A stretch of DNA of 64,000 nucleotides from an uncultured Myxococcales bacterium (GCA_937910285.1 CALEOC010000170.1:26000-89999); one strand, 5' to 3'. Shown: positions 1 through 8,346, counted from the first letter of the stretch. Notes: generated by a model from the letters alone, not told the origin. Program-made: numbers and translations.

Positions 1-211
1 GGCTTCACCGTGGACGACCGGTCCGGCCATCGCCGGACATCTTCGGCAGGCATCGAGCTCGCGGTGCAGCGCCCGCAGGGCGCTCAGCCGGCCAGCCGCT
101 GTCTCGGTGCTCCCCATCGCCCTTTCGCTCTCCTCGCCCATGCGCCGCCATCGGCCAAAGGCTGCGGACGCTCCGAACGGTTAATCGGCAAGATCATTCG
201 CATCGCTGACA

Positions 212-239
212 TTGTGAGACTCGCGCGGCCGGATAGAAT
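212..239 (+). promoter_or_regulatory. candidate sigma70-like promoter upstream of the nucleotidase gene
   Basis: TTGTGA (212-217), 16 nt, TAGAAT (234-239) in a locally AT-richer stretch. The -10 ends 6 nt before the GTG at 246, which would give a near-leaderless mRNA. Pattern match only. Confidence 0.2.
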
Positions 240-245
240 CGGCCC

Positions 246-2018
246 GTGCAAGCTCCCCGCCTCCCTCTCGCTCTGATGCTCACGGTGCTCGCGGCCTGCC
301 CCGGGCGCGCCGCACACCGACCGGACGGTCCCGCTTCGGCCGAGCCCCCGGTGCGAATCACCTTCGCCGCCACCAACGACCTCCACGGATGGGTTCAGCC
401 CCGTGAGAGCGTCCTGCCCGACGGCACCGTGCTGCGCGCCGGTGGCTTGAGCCTGCTGTCCGGCTACCTGGCAATCCTGAGAGCGCAGAACCCCGGAGGC
501 GTAGTCGTCGTCGACACGGGCGACCTCTTCCAGGGAACGCTGGTCGCCAACCTGTCCGAGGGTGAAGTCGTCATCGCGGCCTACAACGAGCTGGGCTACG
601 ACGCGGCGGCCATCGGCAACCACGAGTTCGACTACGGCCCGGTCGGCCCGCGCTCCGCCGCGGTCGGCGCTGACGACGACCCTCTCGGCGCGCTCGCCGA
701 ATGCGCCCGAAAGGCTCGCTTCCCCCTGCTCGCCCGGAACGTCCGGCTCGGCGACGGCACCCCTCCAACGTTCCTGCGCCCATCCATCATCATCGAGCGT
801 CACGGCATCAAGATCGGCCTCCTCGGGCTGCTCACCCCGGCCACCCCCGAGGTGACCAACCCCGTCAACGTGATGCGCCTGCGCTTTGGCGAGCTCGTGG
901 AGGAGGCTACGGCCGGCGCCGAGGAGCTGCGCGCACAAGGCGCCGAGCTCGTGGTCGCGCTCGTGCATGCTGGCGGCAGATGCGAGGAGCTCTCCGATCC
1001 GCACTCCTTGACGAGCTGTGATCTGCGGGGCGAGATCTTCGAGCTTCTCCTCAAGCTCCCAAGCGGCCTGTTCGACGCGGTCTTCGCGGGTCACACCCAT
1101 GCCGGGATCGGCCACTTCGTCAATGCCATGCCGGTCGTCGAGTCGGGCGCGTTCGGCCGCCAGTTTGGAACCATCGAGCTCGCGGTCGACCCCACGACCC
1201 GCCGCCCGATTCCAGCGCAGACCCGAATCCGCGCGGCGATTCCGATTTGCGAGCGCACCATCGATGAGACCGGCGACTGCAATGCCAAGGACTGGAGACC
1301 GGGGATGACCACCCGCCCCAGCACTTTCGAGGGAGCCCCGGTCGTGCAGGATCAGCAGCTCGACTCCCTGATTGCCCCCTACTTCGAGCGCGTCGATCTC
1401 AAGCACCGGCAGAAGCTCTCGGTCACCATGCCTTCGGCGCTCGCCCGCGAATACCGCTCGGAGAGCCCGCTCGGCAATGCTCTGGCCGACGCGCTGCGCG
1501 AGTCGGAGGGAGCCGATGTCTCGCTGCTCAACAGCGGCGGCCTGCGAGCCGACCTGCACCCCGGAGAGCTGACGTACGGTACGCTCTACGAGGTCTTTCC
1601 CTTCGACAACAGCATCGCGACCCTGCACCTGACTGGCCGAGAAATCGTGGAGCTGCTCGAGGCGCTGCTGTCGGGCACGCACGGCGTCCCGCAGACCTCG
1701 GGGCTGCGCTTCGTGGTCGAGCGCTGCCCGGGCAAGGCGACCATCACCGAGATCCGCCTCGCCGACGGGCGCCCCCTCGACAATGAGGCGACCTACAGAC
1801 TGGTCACGAGCGACTTTCTCGCCCTCGGCGGCGACGGCGTCGGCGAGGTCCTGGACCGCGTGCCCTCCGAGCGCAAGCACTATGGCCACGAGCGCGACCT
1901 CGGCATGCGCGACGCGCTCGCCGAGTGGTTCCTGCACCGTGGAGGCACGCTCGAGGGGCGCGTCGACGGCCGGATGAAGCTGCTCGACGCGCCGGCCGAC
2001 GCCTGCCCGAAGCGATAA
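246..2018 (+). CDS. metallophosphatase/5'-nucleotidase family lipoprotein (UshA-like)
   Basis: 590-aa ORF. Lipoprotein-type signal (LMLTVLAAC). Calcineurin-like phosphoesterase motifs TNDLHG, GDLFQG, GNHEFD and GHTH, followed by a 5'-nucleotidase C-terminal-like region (LLNSGGLRADL, VFPFDN). GC-rich third codon positions. Confidence 0.85.
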   Translation: MQAPRLPLALMLTVLAACPGRAAHRPDGPASAEPPVRITFAATNDLHGWVQPRESVLPDGTVLRAGGLSLLSGYLAILRAQNPGGVVVVDTGDLFQGTLVANLSEGEVVIAAYNELGYDAAAIGNHEFDYGPVGPRSAAVGADDDPLGALAECARKARFPLLARNVRLGDGTPPTFLRPSIIIERHGIKIGLLGLLTPATPEVTNPVNVMRLRFGELVEEATAGAEELRAQGAELVVALVHAGGRCEELSDPHSLTSCDLRGEIFELLLKLPSGLFDAVFAGHTHAGIGHFVNAMPVVESGAFGRQFGTIELAVDPTTRRPIPAQTRIRAAIPICERTIDETGDCNAKDWRPGMTTRPSTFEGAPVVQDQQLDSLIAPYFERVDLKHRQKLSVTMPSALAREYRSESPLGNALADALRESEGADVSLLNSGGLRADLHPGELTYGTLYEVFPFDNSIATLHLTGREIVELLEALLSGTHGVPQTSGLRFVVERCPGKATITEIRLADGRPLDNEATYRLVTSDFLALGGDGVGEVLDRVPSERKHYGHERDLGMRDALAEWFLHRGGTLEGRVDGRMKLLDAPADACPKR

Positions 2019-2023
2019 AACAA

Positions 2024-2052
2024 GGGCCGGCGGAGCAGAACCCCGCCGGCCC
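2024..2052. terminator. GC-rich hairpin between convergent genes (possible bidirectional terminator)
   Basis: GGGCCGGCGG (2024-2033) pairs perfectly with CCGCCGGCCC (2043-2052) around a 9-nt loop. There is a T-rich tail only for the minus-strand reading (TTGTTTTAT). It lies 6 nt after the plus-gene stop and 26 nt after the minus-gene stop. Confidence 0.4.
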
Positions 2053-2077
2053 TGACCATCAAACGTCGACCGAAGGC

Positions 2078-2275
2078 TTACTCCTCGTCGCCGCCGCCCT
2101 CGTCGCCACCGCCCTCGTCGCCGCCGCCCTCGTCGTATTCGCCTTCGTCACCGCCGCCCTCGTCACCGTCGTCTTCCTGCGCGATCGCTGCCGCCGGGAA
2201 GAGGACCGTCGTCGTCACGAGCGAACCGGTCAGGAGCCAAGCCACCACGAGTCCAATGCGCGAAAGGAGCTTCAT
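2078..2275 (-). CDS. small secreted acidic protein with (G)GGDE repeats
   Basis: Internal ATG of the 191-aa ORF gives 65 aa: MKLLSRIGLVVAWLLTGSLVTTTVLFPAAAIAQ (signal-like), then EDDGDEGGGDEGEYDEGGGDEGGGDEGGGDEE. The repeat is encoded by six tandem 15-nt units (2084-2173). Confidence 0.5.
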   Translation of the reverse strand: MKLLSRIGLVVAWLLTGSLVTTTVLFPAAAIAQEDDGDEGGGDEGEYDEGGGDEGGGDEGGGDEE

Positions 2276-2551
2276 GCATTTCCATCCTGCAAGGGTTTGT
2301 GCCGCAGGATAGCCGATAATTTGGAAAAATGGGCAGGCATCCTCCCGACGACCGGTGGACAGACCTCCTACTCGGGATGGCTTGCTCGGTACGAGGCGGA
2401 GGGGTGCGGGTGGAAAAAGCCGCGCGGTGACGGGCGGTTGCACGGAGACGACGCGACCCGCCACACCCGTGCGTCTTGCGTTCGTCGACTCCCCGCTGTC
2501 CGGCTGGCGGCCACGAGCGGGGCGCACCGTGGTGTTAGGATCGGGGGTGCC

Positions 2552-3628
2552 ATGACCAGAACGGCCACCATCTGCCTCGCCCTTGCAGCCCTCCTCACGC
2601 TGCCCTTGTCGGCCCGCGCCCAGTCGCCGGACCTCTTCGCCAAGAAGCCCCACCGCTGGCGCACCGAGGACCTCGACAAGCGCTTCCTGAAGACGCGTAT
2701 CGCCAAGGCGCTACAGGAGCCGCCTGCCGACCCGGCCTGTGCGCGGGTCGTCGCCAGCCTGCTGATGGCGTTCTCCGAGGCGACCCCGTACTTCCACAAG
2801 AAGGACGAGAACTACTTCCTCTTCCAAACCCTCATCGCCCCCATCGCTACCGAGGACTTCCCAGCCGAGGCCTATCTGCGGCACATGGTGCGCCGCACGA
2901 TGCTCGACCGGAAGGCGCCGGAGGCCTGGCTCAAGACCGCCAAGGTCCTCAGCGAGCGCTACAAGGCGCCCATAGACCTCGCCCGCCTCGCCTACGCGGT
3001 CGACGGGCCGATGCTCATCGACAGCGTCTACTTCAGCCTCGCGGTCTTCCTCGAGCGCTACCAGGCCGAGGTCGCCCTCGCGCCCAGCCTCGCGCAGGCC
3101 TCGGCGCAGCAGCGCTTTCGCGACCAGTACCTCGATCGCGACCTGACCTGGGGTGGATTGGTGCTCGCCGACATCCACAAGGAAGACCCGCCCAAGAAGA
3201 CGAAGAGCAAGGCCGCTTTCGACGAAGAAGAGGAAGAGGGGCCCAGCTACATCGCCACCCTCATCGTGCCGATAGCCGGCCCGGTCTCGCACCCCATCTT
3301 CAAGGCGCCAAAGCAGGAACCCATCCGCGTCCGCGTCAAGCTGTTGAAGCAGCAGTACATGAACCTGACCAAGGCGGTGGTCTTGAACCCCTACGTCGTG
3401 CGCGGCAGGTTCTGGGACTTCAAGGTCGGCGACGGCACCCCGGACACCCCGCCTTTCGAGTTCGAGATCCGCGACGGCCTGCTCTTCGAGGACCGCGACT
3501 GGAGCCGCTACTCCGGTTTCGCCCTGCCTGGCGACGCGGAAGCCTGCGCGCTTTGCGTCAATGACCTCTCGCTCCTGGGCCTCAAGCAGAAGCAGGGCGT
3601 CGGCCTCAAGGACGGCTTCGCGCACTGA
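2552..3628 (+). CDS. hypothetical secreted protein
   Basis: Internal ATG of the 567-aa ORF gives a clean signal peptide (MTRTATICLALAALLTLPLSARAQ). The sequence downstream is non-repetitive and balanced in composition with GC-rich third positions. I recognise no domain. Confidence 0.6.
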   Translation: MTRTATICLALAALLTLPLSARAQSPDLFAKKPHRWRTEDLDKRFLKTRIAKALQEPPADPACARVVASLLMAFSEATPYFHKKDENYFLFQTLIAPIATEDFPAEAYLRHMVRRTMLDRKAPEAWLKTAKVLSERYKAPIDLARLAYAVDGPMLIDSVYFSLAVFLERYQAEVALAPSLAQASAQQRFRDQYLDRDLTWGGLVLADIHKEDPPKKTKSKAAFDEEEEEGPSYIATLIVPIAGPVSHPIFKAPKQEPIRVRVKLLKQQYMNLTKAVVLNPYVVRGRFWDFKVGDGTPDTPPFEFEIRDGLLFEDRDWSRYSGFALPGDAEACALCVNDLSLLGLKQKQGVGLKDGFAH

Positions 3629-3756
3629 AGCCCGTCGCGCCGCGCGACACCGCGGTTCCGCCTCGAGACGCCGCGCTCGATCGCGCCCCGTCGGCGCGGC
3701 GCGGCAGCAGCTTTGCACTCGCCGCCCTCCATTTCTTGAGCACCGCGGAGGGCGAG

Positions 3757-4617
3757 ATGAAGGTGACCGGTCGCAAAGACCCGGAAGCGGCGCGCGCGGG
3801 CGAGCCTGGCTCCTCGTTCGACGAGCTTCTCTCCAAACAGCTCGGTAACAAGGGCCGCAAGCCGCAGGCCGGCGGGAATCCGGCACCCAAGGGCCCGGCG
3901 CAGCCTGTCGTGGCGGGCAACGGGCCGAAGGCTTCCCCTGCGGCGCCCGGGATACGAGCCGAGGCAACCCTGACGGCGAAGCTGCAGGCTGGCCGCCTGC
4001 AGTCACAGCTCGTGTCGACAGGTCGGGCGCTCAGCGCGCGCACGGCTTCCCGCGCGCACGAAACCAGCGTGAGGACCGATGCGCTGCTCGCCCAGGCGCA
4101 TTCGGCCTCTGCCGACACGAGCCGCGAGCGGCAGGCCGTCCGTTCCGAAGACGGCCTGCGAATGAACCTCCTTCGCGAGCTCGAGCGTCAGGCACCCGCG
4201 ACTGCCCCGCGGCACGAGCCCTCGGCCCGAGACCGCGACCGAGGCCCGGAGCGCTGCGGCGAGCCCTGCGAGGCGGAGGGAGCGAGACCCGCGGGCACGC
4301 CCCCAACCCCGGCGACCGCCGAGGCCGGGCCGACAGCACCGGCCGCCCGGGCTGAAGAGGTGGCGGCCCTCGTCGAGCGGATCGAGGCGGCGGTCAAGAA
4401 CGGCCAGCCGACCCTCTCGCTGTCGCTCGGAGCGGGCGCGGCAGCGGCGGTCGAAATCGCGAGGACGGCCAAGGGCGAGGTCTCCATCCGAATCGCCGCC
4501 CGAGGCGAGGCGCGCTCGAAGCTCCTCGCGCAGGCCAACGAGCTGAAGGAAGCCCTGACCGCGCGCGGGCTCAAGGTGCGCTCGCTCGACATCTCGCAGG
4601 CGGGCTCGAAGGGCTGA
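3757..4617 (+). CDS. hypothetical protein with FliK-C (hook-length-control)-like C-terminal domain
   Basis: ATG at 3757 follows GGAGGG. The N-terminal two thirds are low-complexity Ala/Pro/Arg-rich. The C-terminus (TLSLSLGAGAAAAVEIARTAKGEVSIRIAARGEARSKLLAQANELKEALTARGLKVRSLDIS) follows the Flg_hook/FliK C-terminal pattern. Confidence 0.45.
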   Translation: MKVTGRKDPEAARAGEPGSSFDELLSKQLGNKGRKPQAGGNPAPKGPAQPVVAGNGPKASPAAPGIRAEATLTAKLQAGRLQSQLVSTGRALSARTASRAHETSVRTDALLAQAHSASADTSRERQAVRSEDGLRMNLLRELERQAPATAPRHEPSARDRDRGPERCGEPCEAEGARPAGTPPTPATAEAGPTAPAARAEEVAALVERIEAAVKNGQPTLSLSLGAGAAAAVEIARTAKGEVSIRIAARGEARSKLLAQANELKEALTARGLKVRSLDISQAGSKG

Positions 4618-4690
4618 TGCTCCCTGGAGCCGCGCAAACCCGCGCGCGACTCCGCCCCCCTCGAGCCCGAGGCCCGGCCGCGAGCGGGCC

Positions 4691-5824
4691 CTACGCCGCC
4701 TGTTCCCTCTTCGCCTCCACCTTGATTCCCGCCGCCCTGGCGAGCTCGCGATAGACCCGCCCGACCCGCTCGACCTGCCCCTTGGCCGGGAACCGCTCGT
4801 AGAAGCCTTCGTTCCTGAACTCGCGCTGCAGCTCGGCCCAGGGCGCGAGGCGCTCGGCCCAGCGCGCCACACGCTCATCGGCCGACCCTTCGTCCTCCGT
4901 GGCGAGGTCGGCGCACACGCGCAGCATCGCCTTGAGCGTCACCGGCCGCCTCACCATGAACGACGCGCTCCCCCACGCCTCGCCCCAGGCCTGCTGGGCC
5001 GCCTTGAGAAAGTCCCTGACCACCGCATACTGCCGGTCGGCGGCGCGCGCGTCGGTGCCCCTCTCCTTGAGGCGCTCCCAGTCCGAGGCGATCCACCGAT
5101 GCAGCTCGTTGAACAGCTCGGCCTGCAGGATCCACTTCGCCTGCCGGCTGCGGCCGCCGAGCCGGTTGATCTTGTAGCGCAGCGGGCTGTCGGCCTCGGT
5201 GTAGAGCCGCTCGACCACCTTGGCCGCGAACTTCTTGTCGGGCGCCGCCCACGAGACGCGCTCGTAGAGGTCGACGAGGTGGCTCTTGTTGATGCGCGTG
5301 GAGGTCGAGTTGATGATCACGAACATCTCGGCCGCGAAGTCCTCGCTCTTGCCGTCGAAGATGACGCAGGGCACGTGCATGCCCTTGGCGTCTTCGGGCT
5401 GGTGGCTCCTGTAGAAGTGCAGCGCCGCCAGCCGGTGCTGCCCGTCGATGATCAGGTACTTGCCGCCCGGCTCCTCGAGGTTGCCGACGTTGTCGAAGGT
5501 CCCGATCGGATCGAAGTGCAGCCGCTCCGCGGTGAAGAGCAGCACCGTCCCGGGGATGGGCGGCTGGCTGACGGCGGTCTCGTAGAAGTTCTCGATGGCG
5601 GCGACCTTGCGCGAGGAGATCTCCCGCTGGAAGGCCGAGTCCGACTTCTCGATTCGGGCGATGAAGCCGCCGACCTCGTCGCCCGACTCGGGCTTCTCGG
5701 GCGCGATGGTCTCGCCGTCGCCGTAGAAGCGGCTGATGAAGCGGACCTTCCCGAGCAGATCCTCGGCCGGATACGACACGAAGTAGAAGACGCTGTCCTT
5801 CTGCCTCACCTGCGTTGCCAGCAT
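4691..5824 (-). CDS. DGQHR domain protein (DndB-like, ParB/Srx fold)
   Basis: 377 aa. Signature KYLIIDGQHRLAALHF, followed by FVIINSTSTRINKSHLVDL. AAGGAGG SD 7 nt upstream of the ATG. Last gene of a three-gene minus-strand operon. Confidence 0.85.
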   Translation of the reverse strand: MLATQVRQKDSVFYFVSYPAEDLLGKVRFISRFYGDGETIAPEKPESGDEVGGFIARIEKSDSAFQREISSRKVAAIENFYETAVSQPPIPGTVLLFTAERLHFDPIGTFDNVGNLEEPGGKYLIIDGQHRLAALHFYRSHQPEDAKGMHVPCVIFDGKSEDFAAEMFVIINSTSTRINKSHLVDLYERVSWAAPDKKFAAKVVERLYTEADSPLRYKINRLGGRSRQAKWILQAELFNELHRWIASDWERLKERGTDARAADRQYAVVRDFLKAAQQAWGEAWGSASFMVRRPVTLKAMLRVCADLATEDEGSADERVARWAERLAPWAELQREFRNEGFYERFPAKGQVERVGRVYRELARAAGIKVEAKREQAA

Positions 5825-5906
5825 GGAAAGCCTCCTTTTCCCTCACCTCGCCGGCCCGCGGGATGCGCACCGGCTGCTCCACGAACCTGCGGCTGCCCGA
5901 GCCGAA

Positions 5907-6380
5907 TCAGCCCTGCGCCGCGTAGAAGTCCTTGTCCCAGGCCTTGCGGACCTTGTCGCTCCAGCCGAACAGGTCGCGCCCGAGCACGCCCCAGTCGACC
6001 GGTGTCTTGGCCGCCGAGAGCACCTTGCGGATGCGCGGGACGAGCTCGTCGACGTCGCGCGCCTGGACGAGCTGCCGATAGCGGGCCGCCTCGGCCGGCT
6101 CGAGGGTCGCCGCGCTCGGATAGAGCGCCTTGCGCAAGAACGCGCCCGGCCTGAAGCCCTCGGGGCTCTCGAGCTGCGGCGCCGCGGGGAAGCAGGCGAC
6201 AAGATGCGCGAGCCTGAGCCGAATCGAGTCGGGCGCGCCTCCGGCGAGCTTCCAGAACACCCGCTCCATCATGATCGCGTTGGCGTCGGGCGCCCGCTGC
6301 AGCGCGGCCCTCTCCTCGGGGCCAAGCGCGTCGTAGGCCTGGCGCAGCTCGCGCGCCTGCTGGACCGAAAACTCCTCCAT
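5907..6380 (-). CDS. Cse2/CasB-like small alpha-helical protein (orphan; no other cas genes nearby)
   Basis: 157 aa. The full-length pattern resembles type I-E Cascade small subunits: ERAALQRAP, HLVACFPA, RYRQLVQARDVDELVPRIRKVL, VDWGVLGRDLFGW, VRKAWDKDFY. SD AAGGGAGA upstream. Starts 17 nt after the stop of the upstream gene. That it is a CDS is well supported; the family assignment is by eye. Confidence 0.6.
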   Translation of the reverse strand: MEEFSVQQARELRQAYDALGPEERAALQRAPDANAIMMERVFWKLAGGAPDSIRLRLAHLVACFPAAPQLESPEGFRPGAFLRKALYPSAATLEPAEAARYRQLVQARDVDELVPRIRKVLSAAKTPVDWGVLGRDLFGWSDKVRKAWDKDFYAAQG

Positions 6381-6397
6381 CGAAGCATCTCCCTTCT

Positions 6398-7393
6398 TCA
6401 GTCGGCCTCCGCCTCCGCTTCGGCCGGTGGGCCGCCCATTCGCGACAGGTCCTCCCGCTTCACCTTGGCGGGGTCGAACCTGCGCGCGGCGGCGATCATC
6501 TTCGCGATCGTCGGCTCGAACTCGGCGGTGGTGCCGCGCCGCGTGAACCGCAGCGGGTTGAGCCGCGCGATCACGAAGTACTTCAGATACGGGCTCTCCA
6601 GGCCGCGCTCCTTGAGCGCCTTGACGACGCCGACGACCTCGTCGTCGAGCTCGAGCAGCCGCGCCGCGCGCTCCTCGCGTATCTGCAGCGCCTCGACTAT
6701 CGGCTCGTCGAGGAAGGCCTCGATGCGCTTGACGATGGGGCTGTAGGCGCCGGCCGAGATGCGCGGGCGCTTCTCGTAGGCGGCGCCGAAGGTCACCAAG
6801 TGCGGCTCTTCGAAGATCGGGGCGAAGTCGCTCTCGACACCCTCGCCCGCGCCGACCAGGCCGCGGTACATGCGGATGACCTCGAGCGAGCGCTCCTTGA
6901 CGTTGTGCGCCTTCTCGGTGTTGAGCGCGAGGATCTGGTAGGCGACGTCGGGCTCGGGCAAGACCAGCGCGACGATGGCCCGCGCGCCGAGCAGCCGCGC
7001 GGCCGCGATGCGGTGGCTGCCGTTGGGCGACAGGTAGCGGCCCTCGCGCCGGATGGCGACGACCGGATCGAGATAGCGCCCGACCCGCTCCATCGCCGCG
7101 GCGAGCCGCTTGACGTGCGGCTCCGAGACGTCGCGCTGGTACGGGGTCGGCTCGACCAACTCGAGCGGCAGGCTCGCGAGCACGACCGGGTGCGCGCCGA
7201 GCGGCTCGCGATAGGTCGCCAGCGCGACGCCGCCGTCCTCGGCTATCCGCTCGGCGAGCGCCGTCGCTTCGACAGAGACCCCGGCGGCGACCTCGCGCGC
7301 CGAGAGCCCGCGAGAGCGCTCGGCGGCTCGCTTGCGCCTCGGTCGCCTGGCCGGCGTCTTCGCCTCGGCTCCGGCTCGTCTCGCTGTGGGCAT
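6398..7393 (-). CDS. ParB N-terminal (ParB/sulfiredoxin)-like domain protein
   Basis: Start MPTARRAG chosen at 7393, preceded by a GGGAGG-type SD. Core sequence: VEPTPYQRDVSEPHVKRLAAAMERVGRYLDPVVAIRREGRYLSPNGSHRIAAARLLGARAIVALV. This has ParB-box-like spacing, and NGSHR aligns with the GERR/DGQHR position. The longer 670-aa ORF runs antisense through the MaoC gene and across a repeat element. Confidence 0.75.
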   Translation of the reverse strand: MPTARRAGAEAKTPARRPRRKRAAERSRGLSAREVAAGVSVEATALAERIAEDGGVALATYREPLGAHPVVLASLPLELVEPTPYQRDVSEPHVKRLAAAMERVGRYLDPVVAIRREGRYLSPNGSHRIAAARLLGARAIVALVLPEPDVAYQILALNTEKAHNVKERSLEVIRMYRGLVGAGEGVESDFAPIFEEPHLVTFGAAYEKRPRISAGAYSPIVKRIEAFLDEPIVEALQIREERAARLLELDDEVVGVVKALKERGLESPYLKYFVIARLNPLRFTRRGTTAEFEPTIAKMIAAARRFDPAKVKREDLSRMGGPPAEAEAEAD

Positions 7394-7549
7394 CGCCCCC
7401 CCTCCCTCACGGCGGCTCGAGAAGGCCCCGAGTCTCGCCCCGCCGGGCCCCGGGGCGCAACCGGGTTCGCCCGAAGAGGCTGCGCTTGCGTCCCCGCGCG
7501 TTCTGCGCCACAACCGGCCGCAGCTTTGGCCCAGGGAGGCAGAAACGAA

Positions 7550-8008
7550 ATGGCGCTCATGACCCTCACGCCCGCCGAGGCGAGGGAGCTCGAGGGCAGG
7601 GAGCTTGGCGTCACCGACTGGAAGGAGGTCACGCAGGAGCTCGTCGACCTCTTCGCCCGCGCGACCGGCGACAGGCAGTGGATCCACACCGACCCCGAGC
7701 GCGCCGCGCGCGAGTCGCCGTTTCGCCGCACCATCGCCCACGGCTACTTCACCCTGGCGCTGGTGCCGGCCTTCTTCTACGAGCTGCTCGAGGTGCGCGA
7801 CTGCCGCATGCTCATCAACTTCGGGGCGAACGAGGTGCGCTGGCCCGCGCCGGTCCCGGTCCCATCGCGGGTGCGGCTGCGCGCGCGCATTGCCGAGGTC
7901 GAGAACACCTCGCGCTCGTTCACCCTGCACGTCGAGGCGACCATCGAGGTCGAGGGGCAGGCCAAGCCCGCGATGAACGCCCGGGTGCTGTTCCGCTACT
8001 ACGTCTGA
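7550..8008 (+). CDS. MaoC-like (R)-hydratase / hotdog-fold dehydratase
   Basis: 152 aa from the ATG at 7550 (GGGAGG upstream). Motifs FARATGDRQWIHTDPERA and TIAHGYFTLAL are typical of the MaoC dehydratase family. Confidence 0.85.
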   Translation: MALMTLTPAEARELEGRELGVTDWKEVTQELVDLFARATGDRQWIHTDPERAARESPFRRTIAHGYFTLALVPAFFYELLEVRDCRMLINFGANEVRWPAPVPVPSRVRLRARIAEVENTSRSFTLHVEATIEVEGQAKPAMNARVLFRYYV

Positions 8009-8040
8009 TCTGAAGAACCGTCGAGAAATCCCTCTTCGAC

Positions 8041-8166
8041 TCCGTCCGCTTCCGCTCACCCTGAGCGTAGCTCCCGACGCGCGAGCGGCGGGAGCGAAGT
8101 CGAAGGGCCCCTCGACTTCGCGGCCTCGCAAGCTCGGCCTACGCTCGGGGCGAACGGGCGGACGGG
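8041..8166. repeat. REP/MITE-like palindromic element, copy A (complete)
   Basis: Outer arms CCGCTCACCCTGAGCGTAG and CTACGCTCGGGGCGAACGG. Inner 10-bp hairpin GCGAAGTCGA (8094-8103) / TCGACTTCGC (8112-8121). Related copies occur at about 42.6, 43.2, 48.0, 50.9, 51.3 and 54.0 kb. Confidence 0.75.
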
Positions 8167-8346
8167 CCGAGATCATGGAGATGTCTCGACACCTCTTGAG
8201 CCGTCGCCACCCCCGAGGCTCGCGGCGCGCGAGGGGGCCGCCGAGACAGGGCGGCGCTCCCTCCCTCGTCCTCCCGGCGACGCGGCGGGGCGCGCCCCCC
8301 CGCGTGCTACATTGCCGAACCGCAAACACCTCGAAGGGGATAGCGG

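Noticed and set aside
84-1937. 617-aa ORF on the minus strand
   Set aside because: It is fully antisense to the well-supported 5'-nucleotidase gene. Its composition is Arg/Ala/Gly-rich and low in information, which is typical of off-frame ORFs in very GC-rich DNA. No motif is recognisable.
1925-2551. N-terminal part of the 567-aa ORF 1925-3628
   Set aside because: It overlaps the 3' end of the nucleotidase gene, the terminator hairpin and the antisense of the small GGDE-repeat gene. The internal Met at 2552 yields a clean signal peptide.
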